Shown here piece after piece: positions 30,874 to 41,569 of a stretch of 64,000 nucleotides of DNA. The position numbers and the translations under genes are program-made. The DNA is from an uncultured Actinomycetes bacterium. Lineage in GTDB: Bacteria > Actinomycetota > Thermoleophilia > UBA2241. The stretch is taken from assembly GCA_963725665.1 (NCBI GenBank), contig CAVRZA010000002.1:256001-320000 (forward strand), written 5' to 3'. Below the pieces are notes generated by a model, which was given only the letters and a program-made list of their open reading frames with translations, was not told where the DNA came from and did not search any database. Positions within the stretch are counted from its first letter, which is position 1, and each line of letters starts with the position of its first letter.

Positions 30874-31486
30874 ATGGCGGGTGTAGAAAGGAGCGATGCA
30901 AGCGAATCTGCGCCCAGGCGGGGTGATCTGCACACGCGACCAAAGGTCGTGGCGCTCGTCGGCAGTCCGCGCCGAGGCGGCAACACAGCATTCGCGGCGG
31001 GTGTCGCTACGGAAGAGCTCGAGCGTCGCGGCGTCTCCTGCGAGACGATCGAGCTCTCCGACCTCCCGCTGTTCCCCTGCGGCATCGACCCAGGCCGAGA
31101 GACGCCACCGCGCGCCGCGGACGATGTCGAGGCGCTGCTCGACAGAGTGTGGGCCGCAGACGGACTCATCCTGGCGACGCCGGTCCACTTCTGCAACGTG
31201 AGTGCGCAGATGAAGGCGTTCATGGATTGCACGAACGATCGCTACCTGAACCGAGCAGTGGCTCACGCCGAAGATCGTCGGCCTGCTCGTCATCGGGGGA
31301 CAAGGTGGCTTTTCGGACACCGTCGCTGCGTTGCGTCGCTACCTCGACTTCATGGCACCGTCGCAGCCCCCGGTCGAGGTGGCGAGCGGTCATGCCGACG
31401 CTCGCGGTGAGGCGCAGCGGTCCGCAGAGGTCAAGGCGTCAGTCCGGGCGATGGCAGCACGCATGGCCGACGTCCTTATGGGCTGA
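30874..31486 (+). CDS. Flavodoxin-fold NADPH-dependent FMN reductase family protein; frameshift near 31253
   Basis: VALVGSPRRGGNT, ADGLILATPVHFCNVSAQMKAFMD; C-terminus continues in the next frame to TGA 31486. Confidence 0.7.
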
Positions 31487-31850
31487 TAGCCGGAACGGGC
31501 GTGTCGGCGCACGAGCCGGCTCGTCGAGAGGCCCGGCTTGGGCAGCCCGCCATGGGAACGCAGGCCGCTGCGGCGGGCTGTTGAGTAGGTGGCCGCCGCC
31601 GGGCACGGCTTGCGCCTCTGTCTCCTTGCGAGGGTTCAGGACGGATTGGCGCTGGTTCGGGGTAGAAGAAGAATCAGTCTTCAGGATGATGCCGCTCGCC
31701 GTGTGCACAGCTCGTCATGAGGGCCGTAGCGGCACGGTGCGTGGACCCAGCCGGTCGGCGGAGGCGAATTCCCTGGGGTGGTCATCAGTTGAATGACCGA
31801 AGGCTCCCTCGACGACGGGTTCTCGAGACGAGACTCGACGCAGTTGGTCC

Positions 31851-33323
31851 TCACCCCACCCCGCGCTCGCGGTCGGCGCGCTCGACGATGGCGTGCACCT
31901 GTCTCGCGATGTCGGGATCGAGCGGGTCGGGCTTGTGCGTCTCGAGGATCTCGAGGGCGCGCGCGTGAGCGCGCGCGTAGGCGTCCGTGGCGCCGTCGGC
32001 CTCCCACTCCTCGCGCACGCGCCGATCGCCCACGCGCGGGTTCGACTGGGCGCGCATGAAGCGATAGGTACTCGCGAGGCTCAAGAAGTCGCCGAACGGC
32101 CCTACCGACTTGATGTCGTCGAGCATCAGCATCTCGGCGTCGACGCGCACGCCGCCGATCACCTGCTTGATCATGGCCGCCCACTCGTCGTCCATGACGA
32201 GCTGGGCGCAATCGAAGGTGACTCCCGATTCGGTCATCCCGGCTCCGTAGATGACGTTGGCTCCTGCCAGCGCCGCCATCAGGCCGGTGAGCGTCTTCTC
32301 GTGACCGATCTGCGCGTCACCGAGCTTGGAGTCACCCTACGCACCGGCGATGAAGCTCGGCAGGCGGTACTGTCTGGCGAGCTGCGCCGCACAGGCGCTG
32401 ATCAGAGCCAGTTCCGGTGAGCCGACGGCGGCAGCCGCGAAGCGCAGATCGAGCGCCGTCGTCGAGGAACCGTAGACGCAGGGCACGCCGCGCTGGGTGA
32501 GCTGCGTCAGCGTGATGCCCGACAGGACTTCCGCGTTGTGCTGCACGAGCGTCCCGGCGAGCGTCACCGGGGCCGAGCCGCCCGACATGGCCATCGAGAG
32601 GGTGGTGCAGGCGAGGCCGGCGCGCGCGGTCTCGATGATGACCTCGGTGGCGTCGCGCGTGAGCTGGAGAGGGCTCACCGGGCAGACGCCGAGGCCGAGG
32701 ATCGGCCTTTCGCGCAGCTCGTCGTGGCCGCCGGCGACCGTCGCCGCCATCTCGATGCAGGTGCGCGCCTCCCAACCCGTCACGGCCTCGCAGCCGGTGT
32801 GCTTGGTCGTGTTCGTGAGCGCCGCCTCGAGGCCGTGGATCGAGGCCGTCTCGCCGGGTACGTCCTTGGGGCCGACGGCCGACTCGTAGACGGCGATGTT
32901 GGGCAAAGCGTCGATGAGGCGGGCGACCTCGGCCACGTCGCTCTTGGTCGGGTCGCGGTACTCACCCGTGCGCGGGTCGATGTACTTGATGCCCTCGTCG
33001 AAGTTGGTGAAGTGCACCTCACCGCCGGCTTCTTCCCAGATGTCGTGCTCGGGGTTCCGACCGGCGCAGAAGACGCGTGGAGGGCAGGAGGCCAGCGCCT
33101 CCTCGATCACCTCCGGCGGGAAGCGCACCACGTGCGTCTCGCGGTCGATGTCGCAGCCTCCGTCGGCGAGGATGTCGAGCGGCTCGTCGTCCTCGACGAA
33201 CACCCCCGTCTGCTCGAGGACCTCGAGGCTGCCTTGGTGGATCTGTCGCACGGCGTCATCGCTCAACACATCCAGCCTCAGGCCGGCGCCGGCGACCGTG
33301 CTCAGGTCTGCGTCAGCTCTCAT
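31851..33323 (-). CDS. mttB: Pyrrolysine-containing trimethylamine:corrinoid methyltransferase (490 aa with TAG read-through at 32337-32339)
   Basis: [45 protein letters not shown] continues in frame; SPL and APVTLAGTLV.HNAEVLSG motifs. Confidence 0.92.
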
Positions 33324-33424
33324 GCTTCTCCCCCTGTACCGTCGTCGCCCGCGGGCGTCGCCGTCGGGCCGAAGTGGCAGCTATGGGACAAGCATACCGC
33401 TCTGGGCGCGGCAGGCGTCTCGCG

Positions 33425-34096
33425 CTACGCCGATGAACGGGCGGGTTGCGGGGGCAGCGTGTAGAGACGCAGGGCCGTCAGCAACACCCAAAGCAGTAGC
33501 GGCATGGCCATCGCCCGCTGGGTCAGGCCGAGGAAGTCGGTGTGCGTGGTCAGCGCCATGGCGATCGACGCGGCTGTGCCCAGGAGCGCGAGCGCAAGCG
33601 AGGGGCGGTGGTACGAGCGCCAGTGCTCGTCGTGGCGAAAGTGGATCGAAAGCAGGAGGGCACCGAGGATCAGGCAGCCGTAGCCCACGCTGGCCATCCA
33701 GGCGTGGATGTCGCCGCTCACCGTGTGTGTGACCGATCCTTTGATGTCGGTCGGGAAGGCCGCGGCCACGAAGGTGGCCGCGGCACACAGCGCCAGCAGG
33801 ACGAGGCCCGAGCGCGAGAGCAGCGTGGCGCGCAACCGCCGCCAGAGGCCGTGCTGGAGCGCCAGAAGGCCCACGCCCAGGACGACGAACGCGGATACCT
33901 GGATCCACCCGTCGCGTCCGACGGCGAGCTCGCTGACGGTGCGCTGCACCGGGTCGTACATGGGTCGCAGCAGCTCGGCCACCGACACGGCGGCCACGAA
34001 GTAGAGCACGGCCACCACGGCGACCGCGGCGAAGAGAGTCGTGAACCACGGGTGACGAAGCGCCTGCAGGCGGGACGTCCGCAGGAATGAGGTCAC
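33425..34096 (-). CDS. DUF998-family membrane protein
   Basis: YDPVQRTVSELAVG, FPTD, IH, GLTQR pattern. Confidence 0.75.
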   Translation of the reverse strand: MTSFLRTSRLQALRHPWFTTLFAAVAVVAVLYFVAAVSVAELLRPMYDPVQRTVSELAVGRDGWIQVSAFVVLGVGLLALQHGLWRRLRATLLSRSGLVLLALCAAATFVAAAFPTDIKGSVTHTVSGDIHAWMASVGYGCLILGALLLSIHFRHDEHWRSYHRPSLALALLGTAASIAMALTTHTDFLGLTQRAMAMPLLLWVLLTALRLYTLPPQPARSSA

Positions 34097-34366
34097 AGCA
34101 CCTTCCTTACCGTGTCGACGGGTCCATTCTTCTATCGGCTCCCAGGGTCCGTACCTCGACCCTGGGCGCCCATCGAGACGGTCGTCGACGGCTCGCTCTC
34201 ACGGGACGGGCCGGCACGACCTGAATGCCGGCTCGTCTCACGGCATCGCATGCTCTCACATCGGGCGGTCTACGAAGAACACCGGGGTATGCCCGCGGGG
34301 GCAGGCAGGCGGGGGGCGCGATCGCGAGTAGTCCGGGGAGGCCGCCGCGGGTATTCTCCAATCGAG

Positions 34367-35716
34367 ATGCTGGGCCTGCTGCGCATCCGTGACTTCAGGC
34401 TGCTCTTCGTCGGCGAGGGCGTGTCGCTGCTCGGCGACCAGTTCTATTTCATCGCCCTCCCTTGGCTCGTGCTGGAGCTCAGCAACAACCCGTTCACCCT
34501 GGGCGCCATGCTCGCCCTGCAAGGGCTGCCGCGGGCGCTCTTCATGCTCGTCGGCGGCGCAGTCACCGACCGCTTCTCCCCGCGCCGTGTGATGATCGGC
34601 TCGAACATGGCGCGGCTGGCCCTGGTGGCGCTGCTCGCCGCGCTCGTCCTCTCGGGCTCCGTGCAGCTCTGGATGCTATGGTCGATCGTCCTCGCGTTCG
34701 GTGTCGCCGACGGCTTCTTCTTTCCTGCCCAGGGCGCCATCGTGCCGAGACTGGCGGCGACGGACCAGTTGCCGGCGGCCAACGCCGTCGTGCAGGGGCT
34801 CGACCAGGTTGCTCAGTTCGTCGGTCCGATGCTGGCGGGGGCGCTCATAGCCGCCTTCACGGCGGATCGCCTGGGTCTTCAGGGTGTCGGGCTGGCTTTG
34901 GCGGTCGATGCCGCCACGTTCCTCGTCTCCGTCGTCACACTGTGGGTCATGCAGGTCGATCGTGTGCCCCGCACGGGCGCGGCGGGCTGGGCGGCGCGCC
35001 CGGAGGGCGCGCCGCCCAGCCTCCTTGCGTCCGTGCGCGAGGGTCTCGCCTACATGTGGGGTGATCCCTTGCTGCGCACGCTTCTGGCGCTGATCGTGGC
35101 CGTCAACTTCCTCGCCGTCGGACCGTTGCTGGTGGGCATCCCGCAGCTCGTGCGCGAGCGCCTGAGCGAGGGAGCCGGCGGCTTCGGCCTCGTCATGTCG
35201 GCCTTCGGCGCCGGCTCCCTCGTCGGTCTCGCCCTGGGCGGCACGCTGCCGAAGCCGCCGCCGTGGGTGACCGGCAACCTGCTCCTCGGCGTCTGCGCCG
35301 TGTTCGGTGTCGGGCTGGCGCTCCTCGGCGTCGCCCACTCGCTCGTCGCTGCACTGGCCCCGGCGCTGCTCATGGGTCTGGCGGTCGGCTACCTGATGGT
35401 GTTCTTCTTCTCGTGGGTTCAGGCGCGCACGCCACAGCGCATGATGGGCCGAATGATGAGCCTCATCATCTTCGCCTCAGTGGGCCTGGTGCCGCTCTCG
35501 CAGCTCCTCGCCGGCGCCGTCGCGCGCTGGAGCGTGACCGCCCTCTTCGTCGGCGCCGCCGTCCTACTCGGCTTGGTCGTCGCGCGTGCGTGGTTCGTGC
35601 CTTCCCTGCGGGCCATGGGCGTGGAGATGGCCGCCAACGACGATCACGGGCTGGCACTCGCCGAGGGGGCCGGGCATGGGCGCGCCGTCTCGTCCGGGAT
35701 GCCGGACCGGAGGTGA
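34367..35716 (+). CDS. MFS transporter (MFS_3/EntS-like)
   Basis: RDFRLLFVGEGVSLLGDQF, GGAVTDRFSPRR, QARTP..MMGR; about 12 TM helices. Confidence 0.85.
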   Translation: MLGLLRIRDFRLLFVGEGVSLLGDQFYFIALPWLVLELSNNPFTLGAMLALQGLPRALFMLVGGAVTDRFSPRRVMIGSNMARLALVALLAALVLSGSVQLWMLWSIVLAFGVADGFFFPAQGAIVPRLAATDQLPAANAVVQGLDQVAQFVGPMLAGALIAAFTADRLGLQGVGLALAVDAATFLVSVVTLWVMQVDRVPRTGAAGWAARPEGAPPSLLASVREGLAYMWGDPLLRTLLALIVAVNFLAVGPLLVGIPQLVRERLSEGAGGFGLVMSAFGAGSLVGLALGGTLPKPPPWVTGNLLLGVCAVFGVGLALLGVAHSLVAALAPALLMGLAVGYLMVFFFSWVQARTPQRMMGRMMSLIIFASVGLVPLSQLLAGAVARWSVTALFVGAAVLLGLVVARAWFVPSLRAMGVEMAANDDHGLALAEGAGHGRAVSSGMPDRR

Positions 35717-35775
35717 ATCCTGCCGCCCTCACGACGCCCAGGAGCAGTCCTGGCGCCGCAAGCGAGCCTAACGGT

Positions 35776-36177
35776 TCAGTGTCGCGGCATGGCGACCAGG
35801 ACGATGCCCGCAAAGACGAAGGCTGTCCCGATCCACTGGGGGCGCTGGAAGGACTCATGGAAGATCAGGTAGGCCGTGAACGCCTGCACGGCTACGAAGG
35901 CGAGGCCGATGCCGAGGACGTTCGCCGCGGGCAGCGACCAGTAGCGCACGAGTCCCGCGTAGCTGAGCTGGACGCCCAGGCCGAAGAAGCCGCCGACGAC
36001 CTGCCAGAAGACGAACACCTTTATGCGGTCGGCGTGCGCCGACGCGGCAAAGCAGGCTGTCGAGCCAACGTTGAAGAACTGGTTGGCGACGATGATGCCG
36101 AACACGAGAGCGATCTGCGCGGCCGTGACCGTGGCGAGGGCCGATTTGAGGCCGGCTGGGAGGTACCCGTGCGCCAT
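35776..36177 (-). CDS. Small DMT/SMR-like membrane protein
   Basis: Four TM helices; IFHE...QWIG..FVFAGIVLV C-terminus. Confidence 0.6.
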   Translation of the reverse strand: MAHGYLPAGLKSALATVTAAQIALVFGIIVANQFFNVGSTACFAASAHADRIKVFVFWQVVGGFFGLGVQLSYAGLVRYWSLPAANVLGIGLAFVAVQAFTAYLIFHESFQRPQWIGTAFVFAGIVLVAMPRH

Positions 36178-36284
36178 CAGGCTCCTTTGTCCGTTCCGCT
36201 GGTGCTCGCGATTCTACGTCGCGTGAACGGTGTCCCCGGGGCGGCTCCCGGGTCCGAAGAGGAGGCGGCACGGAGGCTGCGGCA

Positions 36285-36932
36285 ATGAAGTACTCCCTGC
36301 GCGGCCGTGGCGACCCCTGGCTCTACACGGTCGCTCGTCTCGTGCTGGTTCCCGCCGTGCGACTCTACGGGCGATTCACCTGCGCGGGCACGTTCAACCT
36401 GCCGGCGACGGGACCCGCCATCGTCGTAGCCAACCACCACAGCAGCCTCGACCCCATCCTGCTCGGCGTCTCGTTTCCGCGGCCGCTCCACTTCATGGCC
36501 GACGTGGTGCAGTTCAGGCGTGGCTTCGTGGGACCGGTCATCACGCGGCTGGGGGCGTTCCCGGTCAACAAGGGACGGCCCGACCGCGCGGCCCTCGATC
36601 GTGGCTTGGAGCTGCTCGGCGCAGGCGAGGTGATCGCGCTCTTCCCGGAGGGCGACCTCTTCAACGACGGGCGGCTGCGCGAGTTCGGGCGCGGCCTCGG
36701 GTTCTTCGCCCTGCGCAGTGGGGCGCCGGTGATACCGGTCGGTATCACCGGCGCCGATGGCGTGTGGCGTGACGGCAGGCTGCGGCGTGCGCCGATACGG
36801 CTTGTGGTCGGCCCCCCGGTCGACCTGGCCGGGCTCGAGGGGACGGGCGCGCGGGCCTATGCGGAGGCCGCCGAGCGGGTCCGGGCGGCCGTCGCGGCGT
36901 TGCGCGACAGCCGCCCGGACCCGCCGTCCTAG
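36285..36932 (+). CDS. plsC: 1-acyl-glycerol-3-phosphate acyltransferase (PlsC family)
   Basis: ANHHSSLDP, GAFPV, LFPEG, PVIPVGI. Confidence 0.85.
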   Translation: MKYSLRGRGDPWLYTVARLVLVPAVRLYGRFTCAGTFNLPATGPAIVVANHHSSLDPILLGVSFPRPLHFMADVVQFRRGFVGPVITRLGAFPVNKGRPDRAALDRGLELLGAGEVIALFPEGDLFNDGRLREFGRGLGFFALRSGAPVIPVGITGADGVWRDGRLRRAPIRLVVGPPVDLAGLEGTGARAYAEAAERVRAAVAALRDSRPDPPS

Positions 36933-36945
36933 TCAATCCTGCGCG

Positions 36946-37200
36946 TCAGTTGAGCGCGCGCTCGAGGAACCAGCCCTTGCGCAGGCGGTCGTAGCAGAGG
37001 TCGAAGACGCGGCCCTCGGCCGCCACGCGTACGTAGCGTCTGCTGGTGCGCGTGGCGGGGTTCCACCAGCCGGTGTCGACGACCCAACGCGCCAGCACGT
37101 CGTCGACGCGGTAGCGGCGCCCGCGCCACAGGAACGAGCGCGGGACCTTGCGCACGCGGTCCCATGTGACGGCGATAGGGGTGGCTCCGCCTCTGCTCAC
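36946..37200 (-). CDS. DUF6504-family protein
   Basis: P.SFLWRGRRYRV..VLARW....WW...RV.A...VFDL......W.L. Confidence 0.75.
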   Translation of the reverse strand: MSRGGATPIAVTWDRVRKVPRSFLWRGRRYRVDDVLARWVVDTGWWNPATRTSRRYVRVAAEGRVFDLCYDRLRKGWFLERALN

Positions 37201-37250
37201 CCGCTGCGTCCTCTGGCTCGCTCTTCTCTTTGCGGGGGATCACAGGGTAG

Positions 37251-37268
37251 CACGAACATATGTTCGTG
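37251..37268 (-). promoter_or_regulatory. LexA (SOS) box in the DUF6504 promoter spacer
   Basis: CACGAAC-ATAT-GTTCGTG; minus strand TTTACA-N17-TACCCT. Confidence 0.85.
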
Positions 37269-37322
37269 TAAACGTCGGACGGAAAGTGGCTGCCGGCGCG
37301 CCGCGCGGTCGGCGACCGCGTT

Positions 37323-39416
37323 CTACCTTGCCGGAACGCCGGTGAGGGCGGGAGTGGGCTCTGGGTACGGGCCCGCGGCGAGGATGTCGGCGTCGTCGGG
37401 GTCGTCGCCCAGGTCGGGACGGGCGCCCGCGGTCGCCACGAGGCGGATCTTGGCGAGGAGCTCGCTGGCCGTCAGGTGAAGCTGGTCGGCGATCTGCTCC
37501 TCGTAGTCGTCGGCATCGGGCTGCGGCCGCCAGAGGCTCAGCACGTTGACGGCGTGGCGGTGCGAGCGCAGCCAGGAGTGCACCAGGAGCAGCTCGTCGA
37601 CAGCCTCGGTGGGTAGCGGCGGCGCCGCGGGGGCGGCGCCGTAGACGTCGTGCAAGACGGCCAGCGCGGCGTCGTGGCCGAAGCGGCGCGGCGAGAGCTC
37701 GCGCTCGACGACGATGCGCCCGGCGGCGACGCCGTAGAGGTTGACGCGCCCGGCGCGCCGTGACGGGTAGACGAGCAGAGCGTAGGTCTCGCGCGCCTCG
37801 CGCACGCGCCTGATCAGGCGCAGCGCCTGCTGCAGGGTGTCGCGGTGCGCCTGCAGGCGGCCGGCCTGCTCGAACGCGAGCTGCTCGACTGCGTCGTCCT
37901 GACGCTCCTTGAGGACCTCTTCGACTTCGTCGCCGTCGCCCTCGAGCACACGGCGCGCCTGCTCGACGGCCTGGCGGTACTCGCCGTCGAGCGCCACGCG
38001 GCAGGGGCCCAGGCAGTGGCCGATGTCGGCGCGGATGCAGGACGTGGCCGGGACGCGGCGCGGGCGGTGCAGGCGCACCGCCCGCGCCGCGTCCCGGCCA
38101 CGCGAGCCGGACTCGGCCTCGAGGAGCTGCAGCGCCCGTTCGGCCTCGCTCCCCTCGACCACCGGCAGGTGCGCGCAGGTGCGCAGCGGGAAGAGGGCGT
38201 TGAGCGTGTCGGCGAAGCGCTTGGCGAAGGTCGCCTTGCGGAACGGCCCCGCGTAGAGCGAGCCGTCGTCGCGCAGGTTCGGCGTGGCGTAGAGCCGTGG
38301 GAAGACATCGCCGGTGAGCTTCACGTAGTGGTAGGTCGAGACGCGCGTGCCGTGGCGGTTGCAGGGCGGCCTGTGGGCGCGGATGAGACGGCTCTCGAGG
38401 AGCAGGGCGGCGAACTCAGAGCCGGTCTCGACGATGTCGATCTTCTCGAGCAGCTCGAGCGCCTGCGTGGCACCGTAGGCCTGCCGCTGCAGGAAGTGGT
38501 CGCGCGTGCGGCGCCGCAGGTTCTCGGCCTTGCCGATATAGAGCGCGGCGCCGCGCGCGTCGCGCATGATGTACACGCCGGGCGCCGTCGGCAGCTGCTC
38601 GGTGAGCACGATCTTGTGGTAGTTGCGCCGCGCCTCGGGCTCGCAGATGCGCGCCACCTCCTCGAGCGTCGTCACGTTTTGCTCCTCGAGGCGCGACAGA
38701 AGGACGAGGAGCAGCTCGGCGGTCGCTCTGGCGTCGGGCAGGGCGCGATGCTCGGGGTTCGTCGGGAGGCCGAGACGATCGGCCAGCACGCCGAGCGAGC
38801 AGCGCGCATGCGGCATGAGCCGGCGCGCCAGGCGCAGCGTGTCGAGCGCCGGGCGTGGGAAGGCCTCGCGTGTGAGCAGGCCGAGCTCGTAATCGAGGAA
38901 GGCGAGGTCGAAGCGCGCGTTGTGCGCCACGAGCACCGAGTCGGCGGCGAACGCGACGAAACGCGGCAGGACCTCGTCGATGGCGGGAGCGCCGGTGACC
39001 ATCTCGCGCGTGATGCCGGTGATGCCGGTGATCAGCGCCGGGATCGGCACACCGGGATCGACCAGCTCCGAGAACGTACCCGCGATCTCGCCGCCCTCGA
39101 TGCGCACGGCGCCGACCTCGGTGATCTTGGAGAAGCCGGGCGTGGCCCCCGTCGTTTCGAGATCGACCACGGTGAAGGAGACGTCGGCGAGGTCGCGGCG
39201 CTCGCTGTGCCAGGCCGCCAGGCCCACGCGCACCGAAGACTCCCAGGCGAAGCGTTCGTCGTTGTCGACGATGTCGGCGACGAGCGCGCGCATGAGGTCT
39301 GGCGGGCAGTTGGCGACGGGGAAGAGGCGGGGCCAGAACTCGCGGTAGTCGAGGGGTTCTCCAGCCTCCTCGAGGAGGCTGGAGAGTTCGTCGACCGTCG
39401 TGAACGCGAGCTGCAA
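37323..39416 (-). CDS. DEDDh exonuclease + GIY-YIG (UvrC/Cho-like) fusion
   Basis: VVDLETTG, VAHNARFD, HRALPDA; PGVYIM...LYIGKAENLR; Cys cluster; FEQAGRL UVR motif. Confidence 0.9.
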   Translation of the reverse strand: MQLAFTTVDELSSLLEEAGEPLDYREFWPRLFPVANCPPDLMRALVADIVDNDERFAWESSVRVGLAAWHSERRDLADVSFTVVDLETTGATPGFSKITEVGAVRIEGGEIAGTFSELVDPGVPIPALITGITGITREMVTGAPAIDEVLPRFVAFAADSVLVAHNARFDLAFLDYELGLLTREAFPRPALDTLRLARRLMPHARCSLGVLADRLGLPTNPEHRALPDARATAELLLVLLSRLEEQNVTTLEEVARICEPEARRNYHKIVLTEQLPTAPGVYIMRDARGAALYIGKAENLRRRTRDHFLQRQAYGATQALELLEKIDIVETGSEFAALLLESRLIRAHRPPCNRHGTRVSTYHYVKLTGDVFPRLYATPNLRDDGSLYAGPFRKATFAKRFADTLNALFPLRTCAHLPVVEGSEAERALQLLEAESGSRGRDAARAVRLHRPRRVPATSCIRADIGHCLGPCRVALDGEYRQAVEQARRVLEGDGDEVEEVLKERQDDAVEQLAFEQAGRLQAHRDTLQQALRLIRRVREARETYALLVYPSRRAGRVNLYGVAAGRIVVERELSPRRFGHDAALAVLHDVYGAAPAAPPLPTEAVDELLLVHSWLRSHRHAVNVLSLWRPQPDADDYEEQIADQLHLTASELLAKIRLVATAGARPDLGDDPDDADILAAGPYPEPTPALTGVPAR

Positions 39417-39455
39417 ACGATCTACCCGGCTCGGTTACGCATCGCCGGACGCTAG

Positions 39456-39471
39456 CACGAACACCTGTTCG
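39456..39471 (-). promoter_or_regulatory. LexA (SOS) box in the DEDD/GIY-YIG promoter spacer
   Basis: CACGAAC-ACCT-GTTCG; minus strand TTGACA-N18-TAGCGT. Confidence 0.8.
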
Positions 39472-39959
39472 CTGTCAAGCCCGCGCGCGGCAAGAAGACC
39501 TGCTGGCCGAGGCCTGGCACGGTTTTCCCGCCTCTGCTCGGGCACTCTCGCTCCTTGCGCTGCGCTCTCCCTGTTTCGATTCTCCGTGGGCGTGCGTTGA
39601 CCTTCTTGCCCTCGCAGAGAGGATACCGTGGCTGACGGACGGAGCGTGGCCGCTGCGAGGGTGTTGTTGGCGCGACGACAGCGGCAAGGCGATGACGCCG
39701 CCGGCGCGGTGCGCGGCCGACGCGACGGCGCGGCCATCGCGCAGCCGCCACGAGGGCGCCGCGACTCGGCACAGCGACGATGCGGTCATCGTTAGCCGGC
39801 GACGGGCCTTCGTCATCTCGCCTCGGATGCTCGAGCGGACCACACTGAGGGCGCAGGGAGGGTGGCGTCGCCGTCGGCTCCGGAAGCCGCAAGACCAGGT
39901 TGGCAGGCGGGTGGGCGGAGGGGTCGCGGGGCATCGGTCGCCGCGGCGGCGCCCACACC

Positions 39960-41569
39960 TCAGCCGCGGATGCTCGCGAAGGCGTTCAATGCGCGGCGGC
40001 GCGCCTCGGCGTGGGCGACCATCGGCAGGGGATAGCTTTCGCCGAGAGCGATCCCGGCCGCGCGCAGCGCATCGCGTGGCGCCTCCCAGGGCCGGTGGAT
40101 CCACCGTGCCGGCAGTCTCTCCAGCTCGGGTAGCCAGCGCCGCACGTACGTGCCGTCGGGGTCGTGGCGCTCGCCCTGCAGGCTGGGATTGAAGATGCGG
40201 AAGTAGGGAGCGGCGTCGGCGCCCGAGCCCGCCACCCACTGCCAACCGAAGGCGTTCTCCGGCAGGTCGGCGTCGATGAGCGTGTCCCAGAACCAGCGCT
40301 CGCCGTCCTGCCAGGGTACCAGCAGGTCCTTGACGAGGAACGAGGCGCACACGAGACGCACTCTGTTGTGCAGCCAGCCCGTGGCCCAGAGCGCGCGCAT
40401 GCCGGCGTCGACAAGCGGGTAGCCGGTCTTTCCTTCCCGCCAGGCGGCGAGCCGCGCCTCGCCGTCGTCGGCCCAGGGAAACGCGGCGAACTCCGCTCGC
40501 AGGGGTTCGTCGGCGAGGCGCGGCTCGCCGCGCACCAAGTAACCGGCGAAGTCGCGCCAGACGAGCTGCCGCTGAAAGGCCTCGACGCCCGACGCCGGCT
40601 GCGTCGCAAGGCCGGTTGGAGCTGGGGTCGGCACCGCGTCGCCGTCGCCGATGCGTGCTGATCGCGCTGGTTCTCTCCGATCCGCCTCGGCGCCCGGCTC
40701 TCGCCGGTGTTGCCCCAGGTCTCGTCCCCGGTGATCAGGTCGGCCGTCTCGCGTGCGGCCCACCACACCTCGCGCACCGAGATCTCGCCGAAGTGAAGGT
40801 GTGGCGAGAGCTCCGAGGTGCCGCGCAGGTCGGGCCGGTCGCGCTCGGCGGCGTAGCCGCCGAGCGCGACCGCGAGGAACCGGGCGAGGCGGGCGCGGGC
40901 GCCCGCCTCGCCCGGTTCCCACTCCTGAGCGAGACCGCTGGCCCACGCGTGGTCCGTCGCCCGGATCAGCGCGTCGACATCGAGGCCTTGGGGCGCGTTC
41001 GGCGGCGCGGTCACGCGCGCCGGCGCACCGGCCGGTCGCGGCGGGTCGCCGAGGCGCAGGCAGGCCCTCCAGAACGGCGTGAAGACCCTGATGGGGCGCT
41101 CGCGGCCGTGGTCGAGGCGTCGCCAGTCGAAGAGGTAGCGCTCGTCGTAGAGCTGCAGGCGCCGCCCTCGCATGGCGAGGGCGGCGCCGACTCGCCTTTC
41201 GATCTCCTGGCCGATGGGTGTGGGGAGGCGGTTGGCGTGAACGGTGGCTGCGCCGCACTCATGTGCGAGCTCGTCCAGCACGCGCTCTGCGGCACCGGCG
41301 CGCACGACGAGCGGCAGGCCCAGCTCCGCAAGGTGGGCGGCGAGCCGCTGGAGCGAGCGAGCTCTCCACCAGCGGCTCGCCGCCCCCGGCTTCCACACCG
41401 ACGCATCGTCCCAGTCCTCGACGAAGACCGGCACGACGGGCAGGCCGGAACGCGCTGCCGCGAGCAGCGCCGGGTTGTCTCGCAGGCGCAGGTCCTCGCG
41501 CAGCCACACGAGGCAGCCGCGGCTCGAAGGCGCCGCAGCCGTCCCTGCCTCAGCTTCGTTCCCAGCCAC
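39960..41569 (-). CDS. phrB: Class I/III CPD photolyase; frameshift within an insertion near 40620-40700
   Basis: VWLREDLRLRDNPAL, GTSELSPHLHFGEIS, W.EGKTGYPLVDAGMR, WLHNRVR, GWQWVAGSGADAAPYFRIFNP. Confidence 0.88.

Noticed and set aside
39420-39435. Fourth copy of the TetR operator (ACCGAGCCGGGTAGAT, minus strand)
   Set aside because: Two mismatches, in an unrelated LexA-controlled promoter; probably chance in GC-rich DNA.
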